Shown piece by piece: positions 24,230-36,549 of a stretch of 64,000 nucleotides of DNA (the first letter of the stretch is position 1; each line of letters begins with the position of its first letter). The notes beneath the pieces are model-generated. The model did no database searches and had not been told where the DNA came from. It saw only the letters and a program-made list of their open reading frames with translations. A program made the translations under genes and the position numbers. This DNA comes from Polymyxa betae A26-41. Taxonomy: Eukaryota > Protista > Endomyxa: Phytomyxea. Where the stretch lies: assembly GCA_003693705.1 (NCBI GenBank), contig RBZT01000711.1, forward strand, positions 1-64,000, written 5' to 3'.

Positions 24230-27200
24230 GCCGTACTCATCGACCACGGACATCCCCGCCGCCTCCATCATCACAAACAAAGATTGAATTGTCGGCGCTT
24301 TCGTCAGTGCATACGCGGGATTATTCCGTCTCGAGACCGTCAGCAACTTAATGGTACCATCTCGAACACATTGTCGAACGACATGCCACTTGACTTGTAT
24401 GTGCTTGTTAGCATCCGTGACTCCGACTCTCTCCGCCGTCGTCTTCGCAGCCGCCTTGTCCTCCATCAGGATGTTCGGACTCTTGATCACGAACCCGATT
24501 TCCGTCCGAAGTGTTCGCAAACAGACAGCCTCTCGCGCAGCTTCGCAAGAGGCGACATATTCCGCGTGACATGTAGATGTCGCCACGATACTCATGAGCT
24601 TCGATCTCCAAAAAACAGCTGTTCCAAACAGCATCACTAATTGTCCGCCCACGGACTTCAGGGTATCTGGATCATTCGCGAAATCAGAATCGACAGCACA
24701 GGTTGGTTCGCTCCGATCAGCTCCATTCAAGCGATGTACCGTAGAACGTGCACAACGGTGTCCCAGTGCTCCTCCGTTGGCAGTGAAACATATCGGGACA
24801 GAAGACTAATTGGGAACGCGATGTCGATTCTCGTTCCGATCGCCAGGTGACCGATACAACCCAGCAATTCACGATAGGGCTGAGTCGTCGCCACTTCTCC
24901 GCTTTACCGCGATCAATCCGCATTTTTAAACGCAGCGGTACTGTGAGAGGTCGCGCCCGCTTCCGAGTAGCCGACTTCACGGAATTCCGAAATCGCGCCA
25001 GTACATCACGTAGATACTGGGTCTGAACCAGCACGTAGGCGAAATTGTTCTGCAACAGACGCATACCTATAACCCATCGTGCAATTCCGAGATCTTTTGT
25101 CTTGAATCGACCGGATAACATCTGATTCACCTCCGTGACCATATCCGAGCTCGTTCCGAAGATCAGAAAATCATCGACGGAAACACCCAAAAACCACGAT
25201 TTGGCGCCCCCGCCGCGAAACATTGAGGCATGGATCGCTAATTGTCCTCTTAAAGTTGACCTCAACCAGGACTCCGTGTAGGGTCTCGTACCAGATCCGT
25301 GGTGCTTCAACCAGGCCGTGCAGCGCTTTCTTTAACCGCCATACCTTTTTCTGCGGGTCTCCAGTCTCAAACCCGTGAGGCTTCTCGCAGAACACAGCGC
25401 AGTCCAGAACTCCGATCAAGAAGGCTGTTTTAACGTCCATCAGGTGAATCAGTACACCGAACATAGCCGCCAGCTGGATGATCACCCTCAGAGAAGCATA
25501 CCGAAGGGTCGGCGCAAACGTCTCCTTCCATGTCTTCCACGGATCGCAGCATCCGAGAGGAACATAAGGCGCTTTCCACCGTACGCATTCACCGTGCTCA
25601 TTTCGCTTCCATGTGTAAACAAATTTCGCAGGTAAAACATTCGAATCGGTCGGTCGGTCAACCACTTCATCGCAGTCATTCTCAATGATGGCGTTGACTT
25701 CCTCGATCTCGCCCTCATTCCAATGCTGCCAGTCCACGCTCGCGCGCGCCTCCGCTTCCGACTTGGGGTCGGAACGCACTTCAGGGACTTCTCCCGTCAG
25801 AAAGGCAAACAACCCGTTGTCTGCTGTATCGACCGAGCAGTATCACGCCCGGTGGCCGTCATCACGATCAAAATTAGCCTCGTAGAAGATGTCCTCATCA
25901 TCTTCCTGCTCTTCCTCGGCCGAAATTGGTTCGACCGCTTCGGTGATCTCCGACCAGAAGATCTTATCCCGAAGCGCGTCCGCTGCCGATTCGTCGTTGT
26001 CTGCTTTCTCACTGTCGCCGGATCCATCATCTTCGTCGCCTGCTTCCTGTCGCGCAGCGCGAGCCATCCCGTCGTAATCAGCATTTGCGAAGCGATCCGG
26101 CTGATGGCGAATCCGTCCGGAGCGTCGCAGTCCATGCTGCTCGACAGTGTCGGTGCGTTCGCGCTGATGAAGGTCAGGACCTCCACCGGCAGCACAATGT
26201 CTAATTCCATCATCATCGCGGTCCCCAACTGGCCGTTCGATTTCGTCGGGACCATTATCATGACACTCTTGCGGCCGCTGATGGGCCGTAGCTCCACCAT
26301 CGTCACTAACGCCGCCCTGAGCAGCGACGCCATCGTCAGCGTCACCAAGGTCGTCGTCCAAAACGTCCACGTCGAACATGCCGCCGAGCACGGCCGCCCT
26401 CTTGACTACGTCCGTCTCATTGTCGCCGTCCTTGAACGGGAACACGGACTCATAGAAGAAATCATTCCTCGACTCCAGGATCTTCCGACTTTCCCAGAGA
26501 AGAAACACGCACGCCTTTTTGGATGCTGAGACAGCCAGGTGAACCGCGCGCTCCGCCTTCGGCTTCAGCTTCGCCTTATTCCTACGGAGTATCAACACCC
26601 AGGCCTCGCAGCCCCAAACCCTTGCTCGAGAGAGGTTCGGGCGCTGCCATGTGAGGACCTCAAAAGCCGTCGTTTGCCCGTGATGACGATCGAGAGGAAC
26701 CCGATTATGGAACCATGTCGCATTCATCGCGGCGCTCGACCAGAACCGCTCCGGCGCAGCCGATCGGACCAGACATGCACGCACCATTGCGACGATCTTG
26801 CCGCCGATGACCTCTGGGAGGCCATTCTGGAACGGCATACGCGTGTGCGAGAATTCCTGCTGTATTCCGTCCAAATACAACTCCTGACGCTGTACATTAC
26901 CGACGTACTCGCCACACTGATCGGCACGGAACACCACCACCTGTCCGGACATTCTCTCGAATCTCCGTAGAATCGCGACCGTATGATTCTCCGTGTCGGA
27001 CTTCCGCGCCAGATTCACCGTAGCCGCAAATCCAGATGCATGATCGACCCAGACGCCCATATACAGTTTTCGGTCATGGCTCCTGGTTGGAAACGACAGT
27101 AGGTCGGCTCCGATAATCTGTGCAGGCCGTAAACTTCGAGTGCGGCGCTTCGGTGCCGGGGCCACTTTGAAGTTCGCCTCAATACATATCCGACATTTGC

Positions 27201-28631
27201 ATCTTGGTACATGATCCACGCAGTTGATGCGCAGTCCGCCCACGATCGCGTTCCTGTTCATTTTTAGAAAGGTTTGTAAATTAGTGTCACAGAGTCTCTC
27301 GTGGGCAAGCTTTAGAGAGATCTCTCCAGATAATCGTCCTTGGTTTGGATCGTTGCTGAGGGAGACCAAGGCGGCTCCCCGCAACAAAAATCCTGCCCAG
27401 CGTGAAGGTCCAAATACTGTAGACCTCTGCGCACAGATCAAGTCAGCAGGAGCTTCCCGTCTTTGTTTACGATTTTCGAGGAACGCGCAGTCTCACGGTG
27501 TTCGGAGCCCTTCCCGAGCTTAGAAAGTGCCGCCCTGATCGCGAACAGATTCGCGACGGAGTCAGGGGCATAACTGGCATCGAATGAAATAACTCTGCCC
27601 GACGCAGTCCGTAGGACGATCCCTCCCCGCCCGTGGATGTAAATGCGGTCTCCGCCGACACCACCGACAGTGGGCCGCTCATTCGTCTCGAACAACTTCA
27701 GATTGCTGCAATGTTCCTTGCAGCTCGAAATTTGTGCACAAGTTACGGCGCCATCCATGACCCAGTCACGGACTCCTTTCCGCGGAGTGCTTCCGCTTGA
27801 CAGTGCCATAGTCAACATTGCGATATGAGCATGTCCGCCTCCATTATCGATACCGTTGCCTTTGCAATCCGTCGACCGGTGACCAAACTTCTGGCACTTC
27901 CAGTAATTGCCCCTAAATTGGCCCACATTACTACGTCCTCGGCGTCCTCCACGACGTCCACCCGAAGCCTGCATGGCATGACCACTGTCAGCGCCGGACG
28001 CCTGATCCGTCACCGCCATTCGCCTCAAGAGCCACACGACGTCGTCACGGATATTGGTCGGGATCAACTCCGCATAATTTCCGGAGAGGCTTTTGTAACG
28101 GATCTGCTCCATGTCGTTCGGGAGCGACATGCACATCAGCACAGCGATGACTTAATCAGGCAGAGAACGATCTTCGTCGATCACTCTGAGACGCAAGTTC
28201 AAATCCTTCATTGACTAGAAGTGAATCTTGGCCTCTTCAACGGTAGCGTTCTCGTTCAGCCTCTTTCCGAACAACTCAATAAGGAGTGTCGCCATATCCT
28301 GGTTAGAGGAACCGGCATACTCCTTCGACAGCGCCTCCCATGCACCCGCTGGGTCATTTATGTGAGCCTTGATCAAGGTCAGCTGATTTAACTCCACGTT
28401 CCGAGTGATGGCTAGCATCGCCTTGGCATTTTTCACAGGATCCGATGCAGCCGCCTTTTTCGAGTTGTCGACGTAATCGCCCAGCCCGTAGGCAGTTAAC
28501 AGGGTCATCATCGCGAATCTCCATGACGTGTATACGTTTCGGCCATTCAGCTTGAAGCCAATCGACAGATTTTGGCTACTGCTGGCATTCTGAGAGCCAG
28601 CGCTGGTGTCATGTTCCGAACCGGTCGTCAT
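24230..28631 (-). pseudogene. Copia-B gag-pol polyprotein, frameshifted
   Basis: ORFs 28215-28631, 27438-28142, 25843-27441, 25171-25812, 24717-25310 and 24179-24730. Confidence 0.93.
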
Positions 28632-28656
28632 CGTCTCGCTTGATAGGTTGATGAGC

Positions 28657-28670
28657 TGGGACTCTTAATC
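28657..28670 (-). promoter_or_regulatory. Copia-B primer binding site GATTAAGAGTCCCA, complementary to the tRNA-Lys(CUU) anticodon arm
   Basis: Plus strand reads TGGGACTCTTAATC directly abutting the LTR. Confidence 0.8.
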
Positions 28671-28807
28671 TGTTTCTACGGAGAGTCGCTGTCGGGTTTT
28701 TAGGTAACTTTAGGTTGTTGTATTAACCATCAGCTCCTCGTCCAACGCATCCTCGCACGAGTCACGCGGTGTCATCGTGCGTGATTTCATGCCTGATCTT
28801 CGAAACA
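28671..28807 (-). repeat. Copia-B 5' LTR
   Basis: Direct repeat of 24063-24199. Confidence 0.95.
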
Positions 28808-29292
28808 GTCCTGCTCACATTCGCACCACTATCGATGATGACTGCTTCGACATTTTGTTCGTTCCGAGTTTCTCTATGGAAGCCTCGTCTTCTTCTTCTT
28901 CGTTGACATTGCTGTTCGCTTGTCCTGTTTGTTCGTTGCCTTTGTATTGTCGAAGTTCCGGATGTTCGATCCAGCATTCATCGATGTTATGGTTTGTTCT
29001 TCTAAACCGCGTACAACGTTCTATCTTGCTTTTCAGGTCTTTGATCTGAGTATGCAGTGACTGGATATCTGCTTTTAGATCCTTTTGGTCCTGGTCTTGC
29101 TTCCCGGATTCATGCTGTTCATCTCGCTCTTTTGAGAGCAGGATGTTCGTCAGTGGCGGGAATTTGCTTACTTGCGATGCTCTAGCCACAGCCTTAACTT
29201 GCTTGTACGTGTCCAGTAGTCCGTCAAGCGCTGGACGCAGATGATCAATTCTCCTAGTTCAATATTGAAGGATTGCACGAGTTTGTACAAAA
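28808..29292 (-). mobile_element. Copia-H piece 2 (gag C-terminus, zinc knuckle, protease IIDSGANVS)
   Basis: ARASQVSKFPPLTNILLSKERD is homologous to Copia-A gag; protease motif continues at 24062 once Copia-B is removed. Confidence 0.85.
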
Positions 29293-32200
29293 CAGGGCGA
29301 GTCACCTTAAAGTGACATTTGTTTCAAATTGGTTTGAAAGTTTTTTATTCGATTTTCGATATTTTTTATTCTAATTCTTCATAAATGTGCATCGGAAACC
29401 ACCGATGGCTTTTGTATTTCTTAACAGCATATTCTATTGGACGAGATGTCAAAGGCTTACCTTCTTTGTTTCTCAGACTATAGGCGTCCATATATCGATA
29501 ATACTTTCTGGCAAAACGCCTGATTAATTGAGAGATCTCGACACTTTATAAAGCCAATGGAACGTTTTGAAGGTCCTTAGAAAAATATGTGCAATTGCGA
29601 CGCGTGTATGACTTACAGACGGCCTAGAGTATCTCAATAAAGTTGAATTCGCAATGAAATTTCGGATAAAATCGATTTTGAATCCGTCATGGTTCTCAAA
29701 GACATCATGGACAGGACGTCTCTTGCAGCACTCAGCTGCTTCCATCTACGGTTCTTGGGCGCCATTGCCATGAGAGACACTGCAGCTCAACCAACCTTGG
29801 AGCAGCCCTGTCATTTCTGCGAAGCGGGCTGCGCAAACAAAAATGTGCAGTCGCCACAGAAAATGCGACAGTGGGACTAATCAAAGTGCGAGCGCAAACT
29901 TGGGCTGTTTCATTCCAACCCGTCTCCATACAACTTCCAACTGTATTGCAGCCTTCAATTTTTTATTTTTTCGATTTTTTTCTGTAATTCTCTTCAGCTC
30001 ATTGAGATCTATCGATTTACAGAATTTAAGTGCCCACGGAGTTATATCTCGGAGCCCAGATACCAAAGGGTGAATCTAAATCCTGAACTTCCCCGGCAGC
30101 GGGCTGCACCAGAATCTGTTTCTGGAAGTCGAGTTTCCAGTCACAGATTCTGGTTCGAAAGTTCGAACCTCCAACCTATGGTGATCTTAAAAAAAAACTG
30201 AATAAATTGTCAAACAGCGGGTCTTACTATATGCATCGATCCTTCATCGTGATTAAAGCTACCTAAACCATTTCGATTGTAATCCATGCAAAGTGTAGGC
30301 TTGGGAGCGCCTGACCTTGGTCGAAAATACGATCTCCAACGTGATCTGTCCATCAGCAAACAAATAGAATAATAACGGCGAAAGCAACGTTGCAGGATAT
30401 CTCAAACGCGAGCCTGTGACTTGCCTGTAACTGATTTTGCTGCTATTCAAAATATCTAAAGTCCTGTTCTTTGTGGTTACGAATGACTGAAAACGAGTTT
30501 TATTTCGATTTTAACAAATAAGAAAAAGTTTTACATCATCAGCACAAATCGTCGCTACAGTGTTCCAGAAAAAAATGATTTGTTTATCGGAGAAAACGCA
30601 TCTGATAATGATTAATTATCTTCATAAATTTTTTATTTTTGTTCAAAAAATCATTTAAATGCCTGCATTATCAGATCTCATTGGTTTCCACTGCAAAACA
30701 GCGGATCCAACATCAACGACAACAGGGGCAACCGATCCTGCAAACCAAATTAGTATTTGGAAAGAAATTTACTGGATACCATACTTAGTTGAGAAATCCT
30801 CAAAATCTGGCTTACGACGTCGATGAAAAAGTCGGCTGCTTCTTGAGGTGCTGGTTCGACGATATTTTCTTCTGCTGGATGTTGGAGAACCTAGAGGTTT
30901 CTGGTGTAGAAACCTCTCTGTTATTTCCTATAAAAACCTTTCTTAGTGCCTGAATCATAGTGCATTACACTAATCGGCGCCTGGAACAAAAGCTGACGCT
31001 TCAGTTTCCAACTCTTTCAACTCTGTTAAAAACGTGGTATGTAGAAGACTTTGGTTGGACAGATCCTGCAGAGCATCGACTTCAGAATCTTGAATCTGAG
31101 CTTATTGGTCTTGAGCAGCGGTCACGACATCAACTTGAGCAGCTACAGAGCCAGAAACCTCCAGATCGCCTGAGGACATCATACCCTTCGCTGTATTCAG
31201 CCTTCTGGGGTTGAACCATATCTGATGAAGAGCAACTGAAAGGTCAACGATTCGAACTGGAAATTATGCTCGTAACTAGATTTACCTGCAAATATGTGCT
31301 TGCAATGATGTCCATTGCTGATGTAGTCGTGACAAGTACAATGCCAGCTATGTCGACAAACGCGACATAGCTGATACGCCATTCAAGGAGTGCTGGTCTT
31401 GAACGCCTCATGCGTTCCTTGATCTTGTTCCACCGATTCCGTCTCATCGTGTTTGTAAAAGCAAACTGCATCGTTTTTTTTACATAGAGAATTGATGACA
31501 AACAACCATAAAAAACAGTAAATTCGTACCTCCGAAACGAAATAGGTTTTCGTTGCCTCCACATTACACACCATAAACGTCTTCGGGCTGTCATCTCCTG
31601 CGATCAGTTTGATCTGATCGGATGTAATCGCCAATGCTTTCTTGATACGAGTCTTCAGTATGGGACTGATTTTGACATCTTTGCCCATTTCTCTGCTGCA
31701 GATTAACAAGCTCATACAAATTCCCTCAGAAACTTATTGAAATAGAATTCTTCCACTTGCAACAGCAATCGCAGCAGCGGTTCTATGTAGATATTCTGTT
31801 TGCCATTCATGAACTTGTACTTGAATACCCGATGCCACGATTCACAATGTCCAGTGGTATCGGGCATATCAGGATCGCGATAGCAAACCTCCCATTTTTC
31901 GTGACGATTCGCGTAATTGCCTACAAAATATTCAGTGATCCGATCTTCCCTCACCTCCCACTTGGCAATGAATCCAGCAAGCTCCTGAGGAGAGCTTTCT
32001 TTGTCCCGCATCATTCGTGGATAGCAATGCTGTCTATAGATTTCATTTCGATGATCCCGTGAACGAAGACGTTCCTGGAGCTAAATGCACCATTTCAGTA
32101 AAGGATTTTGCGATCGATTATCGATTAAAAGTTTACAGCTGTCTGCCAATTCTTATCAATGTGCCAAACACAAAATAAGTGGCGTCTCATCGATGCGAAA

Positions 32201-34121
32201 ATGCTGCTGCCCTCACTCAATGCAGTATTGTCGTCGTCTAATAGCAAAACTCTAGGCTTGAGATCGGGAATCTTGGCCTATCAGAGAAAGAATTCAGAAA
32301 AGTTGTCGTGACAGCAATACGTTACTGAACTCACGCGGAGACTGCAAAATAAAGCCCTTAAAGCGACTTTATTTTCACGCGATGTGACACAAAAACACGC
32401 AGGATATCCTTGATTTGCCAAAGGATCGATCACCACAATAGTGATCAGTTTAAATCCATACGCGTTTGTGCCATGTGTTGAATCGATGGCCCAGCCCCGG
32501 TCCCCGAATTTGAAAACAGATGTACTAAATTTACTAAACGTTGATTCCAATAACATATATACAAACTCTTTCATAAGCTCGTACATGAACTCAGTCTGGA
32601 TGACGACGCAGAACTCGCTTTGTTCGAATCCGTATCGCAAAGCGTCACATACATAAGCCGCTAATATTATCAAAATTGGTAAATACACAATGCGAATAGA
32701 TAAAAATTAACACATACCTATGTACAATACGACCGGATTGTAGTTTTCTTACTGTAACATATTCCTGATGAGGCTGTCGGTTAAGTCCACGTCCTGCGCT
32801 TCCAATCCCGTTGTCTTGAAAACTTTGGATTTGATGTTGAGAACATCCTTCATGGTCACCAGGAAACCTCGGACGTCACCTTTCTATACAAGTTTTTGAA
32901 ATCGTTGCATTAACTGTATCGGATTGATTACCTGGGTCACATTTTTCCGTTCGTTGCGATCGGACCAAACCGCATTGCAGTTTCTGACGATTCGATCGGG
33001 TGGAATCCCCAGCCGGAGTTGCTGAGCAATATGCTCAGAAACGTGACCCGACAGCTTGAGGAAGTGTTGTTCCTCTAACGATCCCGACTTGTGTCCAGAA
33101 TGATCCTGGATATGATCGACGGCGATCTCTCCAGACAGCTCTCGCCTGACGTACATTCGCGCTAAACATCAAGACGACAACTTACAGGATTCCTTCGTGA
33201 ACAGCGCCTTCGAATCGTCGCTCTTTTCGTTTATGGCCTGACCCTTTGGGAGGTTTTCTGGCGAACGCCTGCAGACCAAGACCTGGGTCTTTGAACTTGG
33301 GCCGTTTACAGCGACGTTTGCTTCCCCTTTGAGCTCGCTTTTGAATCTGTGATGCAGGAAATCAGGTTCGTGCTGTCAGCAGTTCAGATCACGTCACTTT
33401 TGGAAATCGTGCTGATTGTTGAATTTATATATTGTTCGCCTAATGGTTTCGTGTTCGTGGTCCTAAATATTCATATAAACAAATGATAATTTGAAAGAAA
33501 CGAAATAGAAATGATTACCTTTTGACAATGAAACAGTACACCCAGGACCGAATCCAAATTCGAGCGGTCGCAAAATGGACCGAAGAATGCCAGAGACATT
33601 CGGCCGTGAATTTCTGGCTGAATCGATTCAACCAATGTTTTCCTACATTCATGTCGAACTAATTAGGCATAATAATTGCCACAAGTCGCGCAGAGATCTT
33701 TCATTCTGTTCGAGTCGTGGGTCTTTCTATGCCTTTCCAATTTACTCCGGTACGGAAACGATTTTTGGCACCCATCGAAATCACATGAATATGATCTCTT
33801 ATAAATAGGCGGTACGAATTGGTTATTTTCCATACCGTTCGCTGGCGATGCGCTGAGCTCCATGGATATTCAGACAAAGGAATAAAACAAGTTGATGTTC
33901 TAATCGATTCGCACAGAATACTCCAATGACAAAAGTGAGGATTTTATTCACAAAAGAATTAGAAAAATGCCATATCACACTCAGCGTGCCGCTAGTACTT
34001 CCAGTCCCAGGGCCTTTCTTTTGACGGCAACCCGCTGCCGGGAAAGTTCAGAATTTAGTAAACCTCGATACCAAACCCCGTGGTTCCTAATAAAATCGTC
34101 TCTCAAAAGTGACTCGCACTG
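29293..34121 (-). mobile_element. MULE/Mutator-like DNA transposon inserted in Copia-H gag
   Basis: Imperfect 24-bp TIRs CAGGGCGAGTCACC.. / ..AGTGACTCGCACTG; host gag frame continues on both sides. Confidence 0.8.
31197..33863 (-). pseudogene. Spliced MULE transposase: C2H2 zinc finger, WRKY/GCM1-like finger, MULE DDE core, SWIM finger
   Basis: CDFDGC..F..RSKLERHRKTH; C.ARM..HSGH; AIDSTHGTNAYGFKL; LLDDD; CVWH; TTGHCESWH; CTCHDY..CKHI; GT-AG introns at 32278-32334, 32661-32717 and 32884-32931. Confidence 0.88.
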
Positions 34122-34730
34122 TAGGTTTTCATGTGTTGATTTGGCTCCTTCTTATAGTGGATAAATTGCAGGAATATGCTCGCTGCCTTTGATTCCGCAG
34201 TCTCTTTGTCAATGTCTTGCAGTCTTTTCCATATTTGGTAAGTGTTTTTACAGGACGATACTAGTTTGTACTGGGATTGTGTCAGTCGTAAGCATATCCG
34301 GGCAGAAGCGGACTTGTCTTTCCGTAACTCTCTAGGGTTTCGGGGGCTCGGATCATGTTTCAGATGGGTATCAATTCCCATTATAGTGAACTGAGTTTCG
34401 ACTTTCCTTTTAAAGTCCTCCCAATTGCATCCGTTGAACTCGGGTATGAGTTTCAGTCCAACGCTTTGTTTTGAACGGTCCACTTCCTCCTGCAGATAAG
34501 GAAATGATTGAGGCATTCCACTGTCTCGGTTTTCTTGAGCATTATTTCGTGTGTTCGCTTGGCTGTTAGCTCCGCTGCGGGCGTTAGATTCAGTCATTAT
34601 GAGAGCGAACTCTGACTCTTAATCTCTTAGGCTTAGCTATGTTAACACGCGGTGTCTGCACAAGAAGTATTTAAGAAAAGTGAAAACTTTTATTGTGACT
34701 TTAAGTCTTGTGATTCCGTTATAGAGCTCA
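34122..34730 (-). mobile_element. Copia-H piece 3 (gag N-terminus, PBS GATTAAGAGTCAGA, probable degraded 5' LTR from 34625)
   Basis: ORF 34103-34597 GLKLIPEFNG..FKRKVETQF is homologous to Copia-A gag; PBS at 34611-34624. Confidence 0.8.
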
Positions 34731-36429
34731 GTGACTGGGAACGACTTCGTTCTGACTGCTATACTCGAGGAGATCTATCGATTAATGACATTTTTCGTGA
34801 AAATGGCGTAAGATTTCTGAAGTTATTGACCCAAAGAGCCTCTCCTAGCTGACGTGTATAGTTTAAAACAGGGCCCACCATATTTCAGTTCAACGAGCTC
34901 TTTGCAACAAGAAAATCGCCCTAAGGATTTATAGGGAAAGATAGAGAGGATGAGGATGAAAATTCAAATTCCTCTGTAAATGCCGCGATTGAAACGTTGC
35001 AGTCGATCGTTCGAATCAGCAGCAACGATAAAGCTGAGAAAAACACTCCTCAAACCAAATTTGAGCTCTTTGGACACCTCGCCGTATTACGATTTTTCCA
35101 ACGCTTCAAGAAAATCGACGGTCCTGTGTCACAGCGTCCAAAGATTGTTGAGATTCTCACCGGCTCTCTAAACCTGCTGGATGGTGCGGCCCCGGATCAG
35201 AATAACAGCTCAGCAAAAACTGCGCCCCGGAAGTACGTCCCATAATTTCTGTTCAGGAATATGAGTATTCTTCAGACCATTGAAACATTAATACATCTTT
35301 GTTCAACGAAAGGCCTTGTAATGGTGCACGAGAGATTCTGGTACCTATGCCCTTTTTCGCTCATCCGACAACATCAAGCTGTCGGCAATAAACCGAAATC
35401 AGTTCCACCCCAACAAGGATATCGCAAAAATTTCGGCGGTTGTGAGAGCAGGGCAAAAAACATTAGAAATTGGAGCAACGATAAAGTTCGAGCTCATCAA
35501 ATGAAGGTGTTAAGGCAAGGGAAGCATCAGAAAACCGAATCATTAACTGATGACTCGGATATACCGGTATACAGAAAAAAAATTGAAGAACTGCGAAGTG
35601 GGCTAGAAGAAATGCCAAAAGCAGTTACAGAAACATCCGAAAAACAGAGGACTTTGAAGAAGAAGACTCAGAAGAAATACAGAAGAGAGCCAAATTTTGG
35701 AGTTGGAGATTACGTCTTAGTTGGAGTACCAGAGCCGATAAAAATGGCAGTTCGAAACTGTTCTTGAAATGGCGAGGTCCATATCGGATCAGTGACAGTG
35801 AAGATAATTATGTGTTCGAGTAGAAATTATTATCGATCACAGTAAAGACGGGTCCATGGAGACCGAATCCAGCTACGGTATATGCAGATGATAAGCTAAA
35901 TGTCACAAAGGAAATAAAAATCAGTTTGCCCATGACAATGAATCATATCAAGTAAATGATTTTATTAACTGCAGACTTAACACAGAAAGAGGGCAACTAG
36001 AGTTGCTGGTCGAATGGAAAGGATTTACAGAAGATGAGAATTCGTGGGAACCACTGAAGATTTTGTTAGAAGACGTCCCCGAATTAGTGAAGAAATATCT
36101 GAAGAAATTAACAGATGAGAAAAGTGCGTACGCAGAAGTTGATGACTTTGTTAGAAGTATTTCCAAAAAGTCGAGCTGAAAATCTACTATTGACTCCAAG
36201 CTTTTATCCCATTGGGCTTTAACGCGGAACTATAGCAAATGATCAGTAAGTACTAGATTGAGGTAATGAGATGACATGAAAAGATGATAATATTTGTATA
36301 AAAACACGAATCTTATGATGATTCAGAGGACCCTAATAGATGAAATCGATGAGCACTATGAAGACTTTGGACGACCTTGACGAAAATGGATGATCAGATC
36401 TGATAAAATGATGACTCCATGATGGCTAA
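34730..36429 (+). mobile_element. Gypsy-C remnant: integrase C-terminus, chromodomain and 3' UTR
   Basis: NFGVGDYVLV, KWRGPY and LLVEWKGFTEDENSWEPL motifs; UTR resumes at 54843 after the Harbinger insertion. Confidence 0.85.
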
Positions 36430-36549
36430 GAGCAAGAGCACCGCGCGCGATTATCCTTATCAGTAAATATAAAATTTAAACGAACTTTAATGTTATACAT
36501 ATAAAGATTTGTGCGGGATCCTCCACCGGGACACAAAAAACCATTATTG

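Larger units (their letters stand above)
24063..28807 (-). mobile_element. Full-length GC-rich Ty1/Copia retrotransposon (Copia-B), nested in the Copia-H protease
   Basis: 137-bp LTRs at 24063-24199 and 28671-28807 (about 5 differences); TSD GGCCT/GTCCT; gag LNGRNVYTSWRF; knuckle; WVMDGA protease; integrase; RT with SVDD; RNase H VDSDFA. Confidence 0.97.

Noticed and set aside
25723-26970. Long plus-strand ORFs (268 aa and 143 aa)
   Set aside because: Antisense shadows of GC-rich Copia-B pol with no independent motifs
28640-28670. tRNA-Lys gene
   Set aside because: Only about 14 nt match and it abuts an LTR, so it is a primer binding site
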